The notes: generated by a model not told the origin, from the sequence alone. Shown: positions 25,828 to 35,914, numbered from the stretch's first letter. The stretch is 64,000 nucleotides of DNA from Roseibacillus sp. (GCA_051251855.1 JBPOGI010000004.1:256001-320000), one strand, 5' to 3'. Numbers and translations: made by a program.

Positions 25828-28440
25828 TTACTTAGCAGATTGAATTCTTGTAGTGAAGTGAACGGTAGTTCCTACCGAAGGTTTGCTTGAGATAATCAAC
25901 TCCCCACCAAGCTGCTCGGCACGGTCTCTCATACTTTGCAAACCAATGCTCTCTCGAACAGTCTCGGTCGAAAAACCACGACCATCATCAGCAACTCGAA
26001 TCGAAAGCTCACCCCCAACCACCTCCATCGTCACCGTGATCGTGTTCGCCTCGGCATGCTTCTGACAATTGTGAATGGCCTCCGTAAAAAGCAAAAAGAG
26101 ATTCCTCTTAAAGACACTAGAAATGGGTAACACCGGCACCCCCTTGGGAGAATCCATCACCAGCTTACAATCATGCACCATCTGCTCCGCCCTCATTTGC
26201 ATGTAGGTGAAGGCCTTGTCGAGAGTCAGAATACTCTTATCAGTGAGCCAAATCACTTCCCGCAAAGACGAAGTCGCCTCCCGAGCACTGCGATTCACAT
26301 CCGCAAGCTCCTCCCGAAATTCCGCAGGCAAATCGGCACGCATCAGATGGCTCGTCACCAACGACACCGTGCCAAGATTGCTTCCAATCTCGTCGTGCAA
26401 ATCTTGCTGAATTCGACGACGAACTCTCAGGTTCTCTGCTCGATTTTTTCGCTTTTGCCAAAAGAGAACCCCGCTAAAGAGAGCCACCAAAAACCCTCCA
26501 CCGCCCACCGCCAAGAGCCGAAAAGTTCTCTGCTTGGCACTTCGCAGCTCGACCATAGCCGCTTCTACCTCAGCCAGCTCAGCAGTCACGACATCCCGCC
26601 GAATCAGCCGAATGATCCAAGGGAGCTGCTCGCCCACGCGGTAGCCATTGGCATGATCATCAATAAAAGACCTAGCCTCCACCGTGGCAGGAAATCCTCG
26701 CAGCGAAATCTCTGCTTCGCCAAGTCTCTGAGCTTCGTTCGCCCGAATCTCGGCAAGACCGAAGAGAGCCTTCTCATCTCTTGCGAAAAGACCCCCAAAT
26801 CTCAAACGAATAAAACTCGCCTCAACGGCCTCAAAGCGAATGCTCAAGGGATTCCCTCCCACCGGAACAGATTGCAACGACTCGGTGGCGTCAATAGCAC
26901 GAATCACCTCCGAAAACTCCGGATCATTCGCAAACTCAATCGTCAGCTCACGCGGGAACGACTGCGAAGGAAGCTCAAAATTTTCAGAATCTACTAAAGG
27001 ATAAAGCTGAATACTCCAAAGCGACTGCTCCTTTGGCAAGGCCAAGACAATCTGCGGTTCAGCCAAGAACCCTACCCCAAATAAAATCGGCTTTTCCGGC
27101 AATCCCGCCGTCTTCTCCATAAAGGTCGGCCCCAGAGAGGTTTTGCCATCTGTCAGATACTCGAGACTCCAAAAGGGCTTGGCAACAACACTGTCCCCCT
27201 CCGAAATTTCAACCCTGGTTTGAATCTGTTCTTCATGCACTGGCCGATAGAGAAACAGCTCCTCCAAAGCAAAAAAATGGCCCTCCTCATTCCCCTCTCC
27301 TCGCACCACCTTGAACTCGATAGAATCATACCTCTGCCAAGGGAACGAGAAAACCACCGGAGTGGTATTCCGCAATGAAAAGTCCTCGCTCCTCCAATCT
27401 GCAATCACCAGCTCGCCTTCGCCATTGGGCAACTGAGCTACAATCGAGAAACGCTTGGGAAAGGCAAATGGTTTCACCGAATCTCCCTCAGCCACCAACG
27501 CCGGAACCAAACAAATCGCTGTAGCAACTCCATCAACTGGCAAAGTGAGAGACCAGAACTCTCCTTCCGGCTTCACACTGCTATGAAAACCAAAAGAGTC
27601 TCCCCCAAACCTTCTCCTCGCCGTCGGCAACTTCTCCAATTCTCGGCGCAAGATTCCGTCAATCGCCTGCAAGCGTTCCAATTGTCTTTGGCTCGTGAAA
27701 GGGTTCACCCACTTCGACTCTCGCGCAGGTTCCTTCCACTCCATTCCCGGCCTCGTTGGAGAATTCAGCCGACGGTGTAAAAGAGTGAGCGAAGACATCC
27801 CCAACACGGTCTCAGAAAGCGCCTTTTCACTCCCCGCCACCAACATCGGCGGCACGCTCCCCGGCAAACTCACCAAATCACCACCAACGAGAAAATTGTG
27901 ATTCTCCCCATCCAGAGGATTGCGGCCATTGAGACCCACCCACACCACATCTCCCACCTGCAACCCATCGAGCTCATCAATCCCAAATCGATAGAGACGC
28001 CCCTCTTCCAACTCTCCTTCCGCTATCGAACCCAGCATTCGCTTCGCGGGAACCTCTGCCGCTCCTTGCGCCGAATCCGCATTTCTCTGCAATAGAAGCA
28101 CATCAACCGGCAAAACCTTCTTTGCATCCCCCTCATGAAGACTGGGAATGGTAAACATAAACTGAGCCGCTCCCTCTTTACTAAACTCATCGAGAAACTC
28201 CTCGTTGATACGAAATGCAAAGAGAACCGCCCCTTCGATTTGCGACTTCGAGCGGATACTCCCCACCAAATAGTCATTGAGACGAAATTCCTCATCCCAA
28301 GCATCACGCCCAAAGACCGCATCTACTGACTCAGGACCAATCAAGCGCCCGCTGAGAACCGGATCCGCTTCCAGAATTTCCACCGCCCCCAGCCCCCTAA
28401 TCATGAGCAAAAGGAGGATGTGATGGAGGCAACGCAACAT
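25828..28440 (-). CDS. Sensor histidine kinase (HisKA_3) with large extracytoplasmic region
   Basis: Signal peptide, about 630-aa sensor region, TM helix, QDLHDEIGSNL, EAIHN, DDGRGF, GLQSMRDRA. Confidence 0.92.
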   Translation of the reverse strand: MLRCLHHILLLLMIRGLGAVEILEADPVLSGRLIGPESVDAVFGRDAWDEEFRLNDYLVGSIRSKSQIEGAVLFAFRINEEFLDEFSKEGAAQFMFTIPSLHEGDAKKVLPVDVLLLQRNADSAQGAAEVPAKRMLGSIAEGELEEGRLYRFGIDELDGLQVGDVVWVGLNGRNPLDGENHNFLVGGDLVSLPGSVPPMLVAGSEKALSETVLGMSSLTLLHRRLNSPTRPGMEWKEPARESKWVNPFTSQRQLERLQAIDGILRRELEKLPTARRRFGGDSFGFHSSVKPEGEFWSLTLPVDGVATAICLVPALVAEGDSVKPFAFPKRFSIVAQLPNGEGELVIADWRSEDFSLRNTTPVVFSFPWQRYDSIEFKVVRGEGNEEGHFFALEELFLYRPVHEEQIQTRVEISEGDSVVAKPFWSLEYLTDGKTSLGPTFMEKTAGLPEKPILFGVGFLAEPQIVLALPKEQSLWSIQLYPLVDSENFELPSQSFPRELTIEFANDPEFSEVIRAIDATESLQSVPVGGNPLSIRFEAVEASFIRLRFGGLFARDEKALFGLAEIRANEAQRLGEAEISLRGFPATVEARSFIDDHANGYRVGEQLPWIIRLIRRDVVTAELAEVEAAMVELRSAKQRTFRLLAVGGGGFLVALFSGVLFWQKRKNRAENLRVRRRIQQDLHDEIGSNLGTVSLVTSHLMRADLPAEFREELADVNRSAREATSSLREVIWLTDKSILTLDKAFTYMQMRAEQMVHDCKLVMDSPKGVPVLPISSVFKRNLFLLFTEAIHNCQKHAEANTITVTMEVVGGELSIRVADDGRGFSTETVRESIGLQSMRDRAEQLGGELIISSKPSVGTTVHFTTRIQSAK

Positions 28441-28556
28441 TGTTTTCTTAAGTTTTGGCTGGCTAAGTCAGAACAACTAGACGGAAGATCCGTTGGAAAT
28501 GGTCTGGGCACTCATCTTCAAGGGCCAAGAGTCCCAGCGACGAAGGTTTCCGTCAA

Positions 28557-28580
28557 CCTACAACAATCACTAGGTAGACA
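28557..28580 (+). promoter_or_regulatory. Putative response-regulator operator fused to a -35 box (copy A), upstream of the GH31 gene
   Basis: cctacaacaatcactaggtagaca. The last 15 nt are identical to the motif upstream of the 33536 gene on the opposite strand. Confidence 0.7.
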
Positions 28581-28617
28581 TCCGCCTCATTCGATAAGTA
28601 AGCTATCCCAATCATCC

Positions 28618-30234
28618 ATGAAAAATTCGTTCGGTAAACTCCTTCCACTTCTTGGCATCCTTTCGCTTTCTGCTCAAGCAGACGTTCTTGAGTTACAAAT
28701 GTTGGAAAGCGAGTTCTGGTGGGGAGGATTGAGCGCTGTTGGCTACGAAACTCCCTACGATTCTTCTGCTCAGGTCACCCACGACATGTGGGCGGACAAC
28801 AAAGGCAATCAAGCGCAGCCTATTCTCCTTTCTAACAAAGGACGCTATGTCTGGAGCGAGCAACCGATCAGCTACCAGTTTGACAATGGCACAATCAAGG
28901 TTAGCACTCGATCCGGAGAAATTCTCACAGGCACGAAAGGCACGAACCTCGCCGAGGTCTACCAACATGTTTCCACTAAGTATTTCCCTTCCAATGGAAA
29001 AATCCCCGACAAGCAATTATTCACTCATCCCCAATACAACACCTGGATTGAATTGATGTATGATCAGAACGAAGAGGACATCCTCAAATACGCTCAGGCC
29101 ATCATCGACAACGGCTACCCCCCAGGCGTGATCATGATTGATGACAACTGGCAGGAAAACTACGGCATTTGGGAATTCTCCCCTCGTCGATTCAATGACC
29201 CCAAAGCCATGATCGAAAAGCTCCACGGCATGGGCTTTCAAGTCATGCTCTGGGTCTGCCCTTTTGTGAGTGCAGACTCCGTCGTCTTCCGCCAACTCGC
29301 CGAAGACGGACTTCTCATCCTAGACCCGCAAAAAACACAGGACATCCTCTGGGCCAACACCAGAAACAGGGCCGCCATCATTCGCTGGTGGAACGGCGCC
29401 AGTGCCTGCCTCGACCTAGGCAATCCCAAAGCACGCGATTGGTTCAAAGCGCAGCTCGACCACCTCGTGGAAGAATACGGAGTCGACGGCTTTAAGTTCG
29501 ATGCCGGAGATGCCGATTTTTACGACAATGGCGTTGTGTCTATCAACTCCGAGGCCACTCCTAATGACCACAGCGCCTTCTTCGCCGAACTCGGTCTCCA
29601 CTACCCCTTGAACGAATATCGCGCTTCTTGGAAAATGGCCGGCCTCCCTTTGGCACAGCGACTCCGCGACAAAGGGCACGAGTGGGGCGACCTCGCCAAA
29701 CTCATTCCTGACCTCCTCTCGCAAAGTGTGATGGGCTACGCCTACACCTGCCCCGACATGATCGGAGGTGGCGAGTATCGCTCTTTCCTCAGCACCGACA
29801 AAATCGACGAAGAGCTCGTCGTTCGCTCTGCACAAGTCCACGCCCTCATGCCCATGATGCAATTCTCAGTGGCCCCGTGGCGAATTCTCTCACCAGAGAA
29901 CAACCAGATTTGCCTAGAAATGGCCAATCTTCACCTCGCCATGGGAGAACACATCCTCGAACTCGCTCACCAAGCATCCAAGACCGGCGAGCCCATCGTC
30001 AAACCCATGGCCATGGCCTTCCCCGACGCTGGCTACGAAACCATCAAAGACCAATTCGTACTCGGCAAGTCCATTATCGTAGCCCCAGTTGTTAAAAACG
30101 GTGCCCGCCAGCGCAATGTCATCCTGCCCGAGGGCGAGTGGAAAGCCGAGAACGGTCAAACCTACCAAGGGGGCCAGACCATCGAAATCAAAGTTCCCCT
30201 CGAACGTCTCCCCTATTTCACTCGTTCTCAGTAA
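28618..30234 (+). CDS. GH31 glycoside hydrolase (alpha-glycosidase), secreted
   Basis: PQYNTWIEL, MIDDNWQ, DGFKFDAG (nucleophile), RLRDK, PDMIGGG, MQFSVAPW. Start MKNSFG. Confidence 0.9.
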   Translation: MKNSFGKLLPLLGILSLSAQADVLELQMLESEFWWGGLSAVGYETPYDSSAQVTHDMWADNKGNQAQPILLSNKGRYVWSEQPISYQFDNGTIKVSTRSGEILTGTKGTNLAEVYQHVSTKYFPSNGKIPDKQLFTHPQYNTWIELMYDQNEEDILKYAQAIIDNGYPPGVIMIDDNWQENYGIWEFSPRRFNDPKAMIEKLHGMGFQVMLWVCPFVSADSVVFRQLAEDGLLILDPQKTQDILWANTRNRAAIIRWWNGASACLDLGNPKARDWFKAQLDHLVEEYGVDGFKFDAGDADFYDNGVVSINSEATPNDHSAFFAELGLHYPLNEYRASWKMAGLPLAQRLRDKGHEWGDLAKLIPDLLSQSVMGYAYTCPDMIGGGEYRSFLSTDKIDEELVVRSAQVHALMPMMQFSVAPWRILSPENNQICLEMANLHLAMGEHILELAHQASKTGEPIVKPMAMAFPDAGYETIKDQFVLGKSIIVAPVVKNGARQRNVILPEGEWKAENGQTYQGGQTIEIKVPLERLPYFTRSQ

Positions 30235-30239
30235 CCCCA

Positions 30240-30262
30240 GCGGACCGCGAGCTTCAGCTCGC
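30240..30262 (+). repeat. REP-like palindrome gcggacc-gcgagct-tc-agctcgc
   Basis: Hairpin just after the GH31 stop. Shares gcggaccgcgag with 56238-56262. Confidence 0.6.
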
Positions 30263-30322
30263 CTCACAGCCAAAGCCACAAGCTCCAGCGCACCTCGTCC
30301 AACCCGCTCACAAGGGCTGGCA

Positions 30323-30484
30323 TCAAGGGGCATTTAATTGCGAAAGCTTCAACTGGTGGGTGAAGAGCTTCTTACCCTCGGAATTGATGGCAGACAGTTG
30401 GACACTTCCTGAGGACCAATCAATCTCGATCAGTCCGGCATTAATTTCCCAGCTGACTTCTCCAATTCGATGAGGATTGGAAGC
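30323..30484 (-). pseudogene. Orphan C-terminal gene fragment resembling the PhoD alkaline-phosphatase tail
   Basis: Minus frame reads ASNPHRIGEVSWEINAGLIEIDWSSGSVQLSAINSEGKKLFTHQLKLSQLNAP*. It has no start codon and an in-frame stop just upstream. Confidence 0.55.
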
Positions 30485-30656
30485 TTACTTTGCCCCCCGC
30501 TAGGCAGGCTCCCCATCAAGAAGAGACCGAACAGAAAAAATAAGAGAGCTGACTTCACTTTCAACAACCTCCACGAATGCTGAGCGCAACACCACGAAAA
30601 TTTATTGATAGAATTTGGAAGTAAGGTTGACCCCTCGAAAGTTTAGGGGAGCCTCG

Positions 30657-33536
30657 CTATCGAAACACCAATCCGGAGACTTCTTGTGCTTCAAATACAA
30701 GAGGATCATTCACCACGGTCTCATCTACCAATTGTCCCGCAATCGAGACGTTGTCGAAGGTCCAATAGCTGATGTTTGCCGCCGAACTCCCGAGCAGTCG
30801 GTTCGTCCAGCCCCATGTCTGCGGGTTTTGATAGTCGATATTTTCCAAACGTATCCCCGACCAGTTGCCCACCTTCGTCGAATAGTCCGTCACGGCATCA
30901 AACGCCAACAAAGGGCGCACTGGGCGGGGATCCGAGACAATGATATTTCGAAAGACAAGGTGTTGTGCTGTGTTGGTGGTGCCATCGAAGTAGCTCGCAC
31001 CCGCAAGCCCCCCCTCACTTGTAATAAGTCCATTCGAAGTTGAGCCTCTGTTAGCGAAAACCCCGCGCGCATAGATGATGTCAATATCCTCAACGACCAG
31101 TTCCTGCGGCAAACCATCGGGAAAATTCGCACTGCGATCGTCGGTAATAAAATCACAACGCAGTGGAGTGCCATTGACATCGGTCCAATACACCGTGCGA
31201 CTGATTCCCATTCCTCTCACATAGGTGCCATCATCCTGATGTCTCAGAAAACAATCCTCGATGTAGCTATTACCCCTCACACCCATGGCATCGTTATTGG
31301 TCCGCCAAGAGATGGTCTTCACCCAGCGGATGTAGTTGCTTTCGCCCACTTCATCCTTCCCCTCGATGTAGACTCCATGAGCAGCTTGGTCCGCAATGGT
31401 AATTCCTTCGTAGACACAGTTGGTCGCCTTACTGAGAAACATCATTCGCACCTCATGCTGCCTCTCTTCCTCTGTGTCTGGGATGGGAGGAATGAGATCA
31501 TACCAATGTGCCATCTTTTCTCCCGATAAAGTCCCGTGCCCAAATACCCGGATATTTTTACTATCCAAGTCGTCCATGTAGTCGTGAAAATTTCCGTAAA
31601 CAATGGCGTCCCCGGGGATGTAGTAGCTTCGATTATTCCCAAGCCTCAGGGGGTCGGTTCGCTCCCACTGTCGCTCTTCGCCAGTTGGCGTCAGTGACAG
31701 ACGATGAACACCGGGTTTAAAGTAAAGGGTGCTCCAACTGCCATCGTCTGCAGGAATCGCGGCTCCGGGCTCCACCTCGTAGACCTCAGCGGTACCCAAC
31801 ACTGGCTTATTCTCGATAAAGGGATTCGCAAAAATGGTCACCGCATGAACGCCATCCATCTCGTTGCGATAGGGAAAAGCACCCTCTCCGAAAAAATTGA
31901 CTTCATTCTCGATGGCGCGCGGAATATCTCGCGAATCCATTTGGCCATCGATATCGACTGCAATCAGCGCCGGTTGGCTCATCGTGACATAGACCTCGCC
32001 ATTAATCACTTCACAAGAGTCCGCCTTTCGCACCGGATGAACTGCCGCGGTTGTAATCGGCCCGGAGGGTGCGCCGACCTTGTTCAAGCGCGTAATTTTC
32101 ACCACAATGGGGGTGTATTCATCCATCTCGAAATTACAATACGTGTGCGTCCAACCACCCACATAATCTGTGTAATAAGCGGGTTGTTCTTCATCGGCGA
32201 GGGTTGCATCGTGGTCGAGACATCTAGTGAACCAAGCAAACGGCGTTTCCCAGTTGGTGACATCCTGCAAGTTCGCAGCATTGAGCTCACTCACCTTTTG
32301 CACACTAAACGAGTAATACTCCGAGTCCGCCAAACCGGGCACAGGCGGATAGACCTGTAAGTCACCCTCAACAGTCTCGATACTCAGCCGAACGAAGAAT
32401 TGTTGATGGGAACGGCTATCAGAAAGACGAATACGATAGAGACCATCTTCTCTCAAATTCGTTTCACTGACGACCACCTCTGGACTATCCGTCTCCCACT
32501 GACCATTGACAAAAGAGAGCGCCACCTCTTCCCAAACATCAAGGTCGAGCGAGACTAAAACCTTTGCCTGCAGAGACTCGTTCTCTCTCAACCTCAATTC
32601 GATATCAAATATCTCACTCCCGCCCTCAGCCCCCGCAAACTGGAAGGGAATGGACTCCCGAGAATCCGGATCCATCCCAAGAGCATATTCTAACAAATTC
32701 GAGGCTCCGTCACCATCTTCGTCACTGAGTAATGGAAACATCTGAGCAGGAACCTCGCGTCGAACTCCGAAAGACCGGATGCTAAAGAGTTCTCCACCCA
32801 CCCCATTCGAATCCACGAAGGTGAGAAACAGGTCATGGATTCCACTCACCGCTTGGGGCAACGCATTCTCGAACTCTCGATATCGCTGCCAATCTCCGGT
32901 GTGAGAAATATCAACAGAGCCGATGAACCGCCCAGTAGCAGAACCAATACGCAATTCCACTCTCCCTCCCGCTCCTGGAGTCGCCCCCTCAATAAGAAAG
33001 CGATTCGACTCCTCACCAAAATCAAAATTGGGATAAAACTCCGAAACGCTATCGGTGACTTTTTCTACCACCCTCTGAAGCTCAATCGCTCGAGTATCGA
33101 AAAGATAGTCCCCAATCATTCCCGCATCCACAAACGTGAGATAGAGGTCCTGAATTCCACTCACCGGTGCCGATAGGACGATCTCGAATTTTCGAAAATC
33201 TCCAAAACCTCCTCCTGTCTGAGTCACATCGACGACGCCGAGCAGCTGACCAGTCTCTGAGCCCAGCCGCACCTCGACTTGCCCCCCAGCTTGAGGGGCT
33301 GCTACCTCAATCGAAAAATGATTTAATTCCGAACCAAAATCCAAATCCGTGAAGGCAATCCACGTGCCATCCTCTACGAATCCGACCACACCAGAACTGG
33401 TATTCCCTTGAATCGGCTGCGCATCGGGATGGGATTCCAAGCTGAAATCGGCAGAATTGAGCAAGACTCCCCAGCCCATGCTCGGAAAAACAAGAAAAGC
33501 GAAAGAGCAGGCTAAGTATTTAAGAATAAGGTTCAT
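30657..33536 (-). CDS. Secreted modular carbohydrate-active enzyme: two CBM6-like modules, internal DGDG module, GH28/GH49-like beta-helix domain
   Basis: VGFVEDGTWI.F..LDFG...VEVRLGS..G.LLG...QDLYLTF, then a second partial copy, SDEDGDGASNLLEYALGMDP, and LYFKPGVH, GHGTLSG, WRTNND, HQDD. Confidence 0.78.
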   Translation of the reverse strand: MNLILKYLACSFAFLVFPSMGWGVLLNSADFSLESHPDAQPIQGNTSSGVVGFVEDGTWIAFTDLDFGSELNHFSIEVAAPQAGGQVEVRLGSETGQLLGVVDVTQTGGGFGDFRKFEIVLSAPVSGIQDLYLTFVDAGMIGDYLFDTRAIELQRVVEKVTDSVSEFYPNFDFGEESNRFLIEGATPGAGGRVELRIGSATGRFIGSVDISHTGDWQRYREFENALPQAVSGIHDLFLTFVDSNGVGGELFSIRSFGVRREVPAQMFPLLSDEDGDGASNLLEYALGMDPDSRESIPFQFAGAEGGSEIFDIELRLRENESLQAKVLVSLDLDVWEEVALSFVNGQWETDSPEVVVSETNLREDGLYRIRLSDSRSHQQFFVRLSIETVEGDLQVYPPVPGLADSEYYSFSVQKVSELNAANLQDVTNWETPFAWFTRCLDHDATLADEEQPAYYTDYVGGWTHTYCNFEMDEYTPIVVKITRLNKVGAPSGPITTAAVHPVRKADSCEVINGEVYVTMSQPALIAVDIDGQMDSRDIPRAIENEVNFFGEGAFPYRNEMDGVHAVTIFANPFIENKPVLGTAEVYEVEPGAAIPADDGSWSTLYFKPGVHRLSLTPTGEERQWERTDPLRLGNNRSYYIPGDAIVYGNFHDYMDDLDSKNIRVFGHGTLSGEKMAHWYDLIPPIPDTEEERQHEVRMMFLSKATNCVYEGITIADQAAHGVYIEGKDEVGESNYIRWVKTISWRTNNDAMGVRGNSYIEDCFLRHQDDGTYVRGMGISRTVYWTDVNGTPLRCDFITDDRSANFPDGLPQELVVEDIDIIYARGVFANRGSTSNGLITSEGGLAGASYFDGTTNTAQHLVFRNIIVSDPRPVRPLLAFDAVTDYSTKVGNWSGIRLENIDYQNPQTWGWTNRLLGSSAANISYWTFDNVSIAGQLVDETVVNDPLVFEAQEVSGLVFR

Positions 33537-33577
33537 GGTGTGGCGGCTACTTATAAGAAACCAGCCACCGCACCATC

Positions 33578-33601
33578 TGTCTACCTAGTGATATTTCTAG
33601 G
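33578..33601 (-). promoter_or_regulatory. Putative response-regulator operator fused to a -35 box (copy B)
   Basis: Minus strand reads cctagaaatatcactaggtagaca, i.e. a CCTAG-N8-CTAGG inverted repeat followed by TAGACA, 41 nt before the ATG. Confidence 0.7.
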
Positions 33602-33803
33602 AATGCGCAGCCCCACCCTCCAGACCAAGCGCCTCATTCACTCTCTCCTTTACCGAAAGCTTAGAAGGTTACCCAAGAAAGGAGCATCAGCATCGAGAGC
33701 CACCCCGAAGCTGAAATCATCATCAGACCGCAATTTTTGCCCTAAAAATCGAAATCCAAGAGTGGCACAAATCGTTCTCCCCGCTTAAAACCCTTCACAC
33801 AAT

Positions 33804-34910
33804 ATGATTCCTACCGAGCACGACGACCCCATTAACGCCCGCATCCTCGAAGTTTCCGAAGACCTCGTCGCAGGATTCCAGCGTCAGCCCTTCGAAATCA
33901 TCGCCGAAAAGTCCGGGGTCGAACTCCCCATCGTCCTCGAGCGCATCCGCGCCATGCTGGAAGCTGGAGTTATCCGTCGTGTGCGCCAAACCCTTCTAGC
34001 TACCAAGCTCGCCCACGGAGCCCTCGTCGCCTGGCGCGTTCCCGAGGAAAAACTCACCGCCATCTTTGACTACATGTTTCAGCACGACCCCTTCTCGGGA
34101 CACGTCGTCACCCGCTCCACCGATAAGGAAGTCTCTGGCTCTGGCTATCGCCTTTGGACCACTTTAAAAGTCCCTCAAGGCGAGTCCCTCGACCATCACG
34201 CTACCGTCTTGAAAAACATCGTCGGTGCCGAAGAATACATTCTCATGCCCGCCCATGGCGTCTTCGCCCTCGGCGTCGGCCACACTCGCCGCAAAGGCCT
34301 TCCTCCCGGCGAAAAAATCGATACTCCCGCCGAAATGATGACCACCACCACCGTCGAGCTCACGGACGAAGAGTGGGACGTCCTTCTCGCCCTTAAAGAA
34401 GAACTCGCCCTCGACGAAGTCGTTTCTAACTGCTGGGACAAGCGCGCCGAAATCGCTGGCGTTTCCATCGATCGTTTTTGCGAAGTCGCCGAGACCCTCA
34501 ACGCCAAGAAAGTCATCGGACGCTTCTCGACCTTCCTCGAGCACGTCAAGCCCTCCGACACCGGTAAAAAAGTCACCCGCTTCAACGGCCTCTTCCACTG
34601 GGCTGTCCCCGAGGGAATGCAGCAACGAGCTGGAGCCGAAGTCGGCCGTCATCACTGCATGACCCACGCCTACTGGCGTGAAGGCGGACCGAGATTTGGT
34701 AACGTCAATATCATGGGAGTGATGCACGGCACCGAAAAGCCCAAGGTCATGGAGCACAAGGCCGCCATCGACAAACATCTCGAGGCAGAAGGAATCCCCG
34801 TTAGCTACACCAACGTCTTCTGGGGGGGCCGTTCCGAAATCAAGCCCTCCGAGATTTCCCCCAAAATTTACGCCGAATTCCACGCCAACCCACCCAAGTT
34901 CGAGGGCTAG
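33804..34910 (+). CDS. Lrp/AsnC-like siroheme decarboxylase (AhbA/AhbB or NirDL-type fusion)
   Basis: Two tandem wHTH + AsnC-like halves: PFEIIAEKSG...GVIRRV, LVAWRVP, then LFHWAVP and THAYWR (HxYxR motif). Confidence 0.75.
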   Translation: MIPTEHDDPINARILEVSEDLVAGFQRQPFEIIAEKSGVELPIVLERIRAMLEAGVIRRVRQTLLATKLAHGALVAWRVPEEKLTAIFDYMFQHDPFSGHVVTRSTDKEVSGSGYRLWTTLKVPQGESLDHHATVLKNIVGAEEYILMPAHGVFALGVGHTRRKGLPPGEKIDTPAEMMTTTTVELTDEEWDVLLALKEELALDEVVSNCWDKRAEIAGVSIDRFCEVAETLNAKKVIGRFSTFLEHVKPSDTGKKVTRFNGLFHWAVPEGMQQRAGAEVGRHHCMTHAYWREGGPRFGNVNIMGVMHGTEKPKVMEHKAAIDKHLEAEGIPVSYTNVFWGGRSEIKPSEISPKIYAEFHANPPKFEG

Positions 34911-34928
34911 GCAAGAGTCCCAGACCAC

Positions 34929-35756
34929 TTAGAATTCCACCCGCCAAACCACGGAACCGTCATCTGCGGGCGATTTCACGTATTTTACTGCAATCCTTTC
35001 GGTCTCAGAAACTCCTACCGTATCACCATCTGGAATCGCCTCCCCTCGGCTGATCATGTAGCTTAAGAGATCAAAAAATCTTCCGATCGCCTCCCCAGGA
35101 CTCGTCATGGGAGTAATCATATAAAGGTCAGGAAGACCCAGCTGATTCATCCCTAGACTCAACATGCTCATCTTGCCTCCCTTCTCGGGTGCTCTACTCA
35201 GACCAGTCCAGAGCATCACCCGTCCTGCTTGCTCGGAATCGCGAGCTATTTCTTGAAAATACTCCACTGGGTGGGTCGCACCCGCATCGCCCCAATAGAT
35301 TCCTACCGCTGGCGCCACGTCACAAATCGCAGCCAGAAGAGAGGTGAAATCGGAGAGCACTTCCGCTGGACTCTTCGTGGTTTCCCCAACCATCAGACTC
35401 ACCATCAAATGCGCCTGATGAGGCCGGATTCCTTGTTGGTCATCGCCCAAAGAAGCAATCGAATAGGGATACGCCGCCTCGGCCTCCCCCTCCGGAATCG
35501 GAAGATCCATCAGAGCCAGAAAAGCCGTTCCAACTCCCTCCAGATGAAGAGCAATCACCTCACCGCCCTCTTCCCCCTCTTCATCCTCGGGGACAGTCAC
35601 TTCTGGTCCCCCATAATCCCTCAGAGCGACCGCCAAAGCCGCTGATTCACAACGGAATGGAGATTCCAAGAGAACAAACGCCAACTTCGTCGGAGGAACT
35701 GCAAGCTGCGGAAGCTCCACTCCGCCCGACCTACGAAATATATCAAAAAATCCCAT
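34929..35756 (-). CDS. DUF4261-like domain protein
   Basis: P.P.GEAE, H.AHL.V, GIYWG, SLGMNQLGLPDL, Y....G..I.DGDTVG. Confidence 0.7.
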   Translation of the reverse strand: MGFFDIFRRSGGVELPQLAVPPTKLAFVLLESPFRCESAALAVALRDYGGPEVTVPEDEEGEEGGEVIALHLEGVGTAFLALMDLPIPEGEAEAAYPYSIASLGDDQQGIRPHQAHLMVSLMVGETTKSPAEVLSDFTSLLAAICDVAPAVGIYWGDAGATHPVEYFQEIARDSEQAGRVMLWTGLSRAPEKGGKMSMLSLGMNQLGLPDLYMITPMTSPGEAIGRFFDLLSYMISRGEAIPDGDTVGVSETERIAVKYVKSPADDGSVVWRVEF

Positions 35757-35914
35757 AATCTCTATTCCCTCAGACTCGACAATCCCCTTCTAAGTTCAAG
35801 TTTTTTCCCTTGCCAGCCCCCCTGCCAGCCGTAGCTTTGAAAGTGCTAATGGCGTAAATCATTGGCCTTAAACCAGAGGACTCGTCCTCTTTAAACCACA
35901 CCAACATAAATAAA

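Noticed and set aside
35849..35864. Possible sigma-54 promoter (tggcgtaaatcattgg) before pilin 1
   Set aside because: The -24/-12 spacing is off by one and the GC at -12 is missing.
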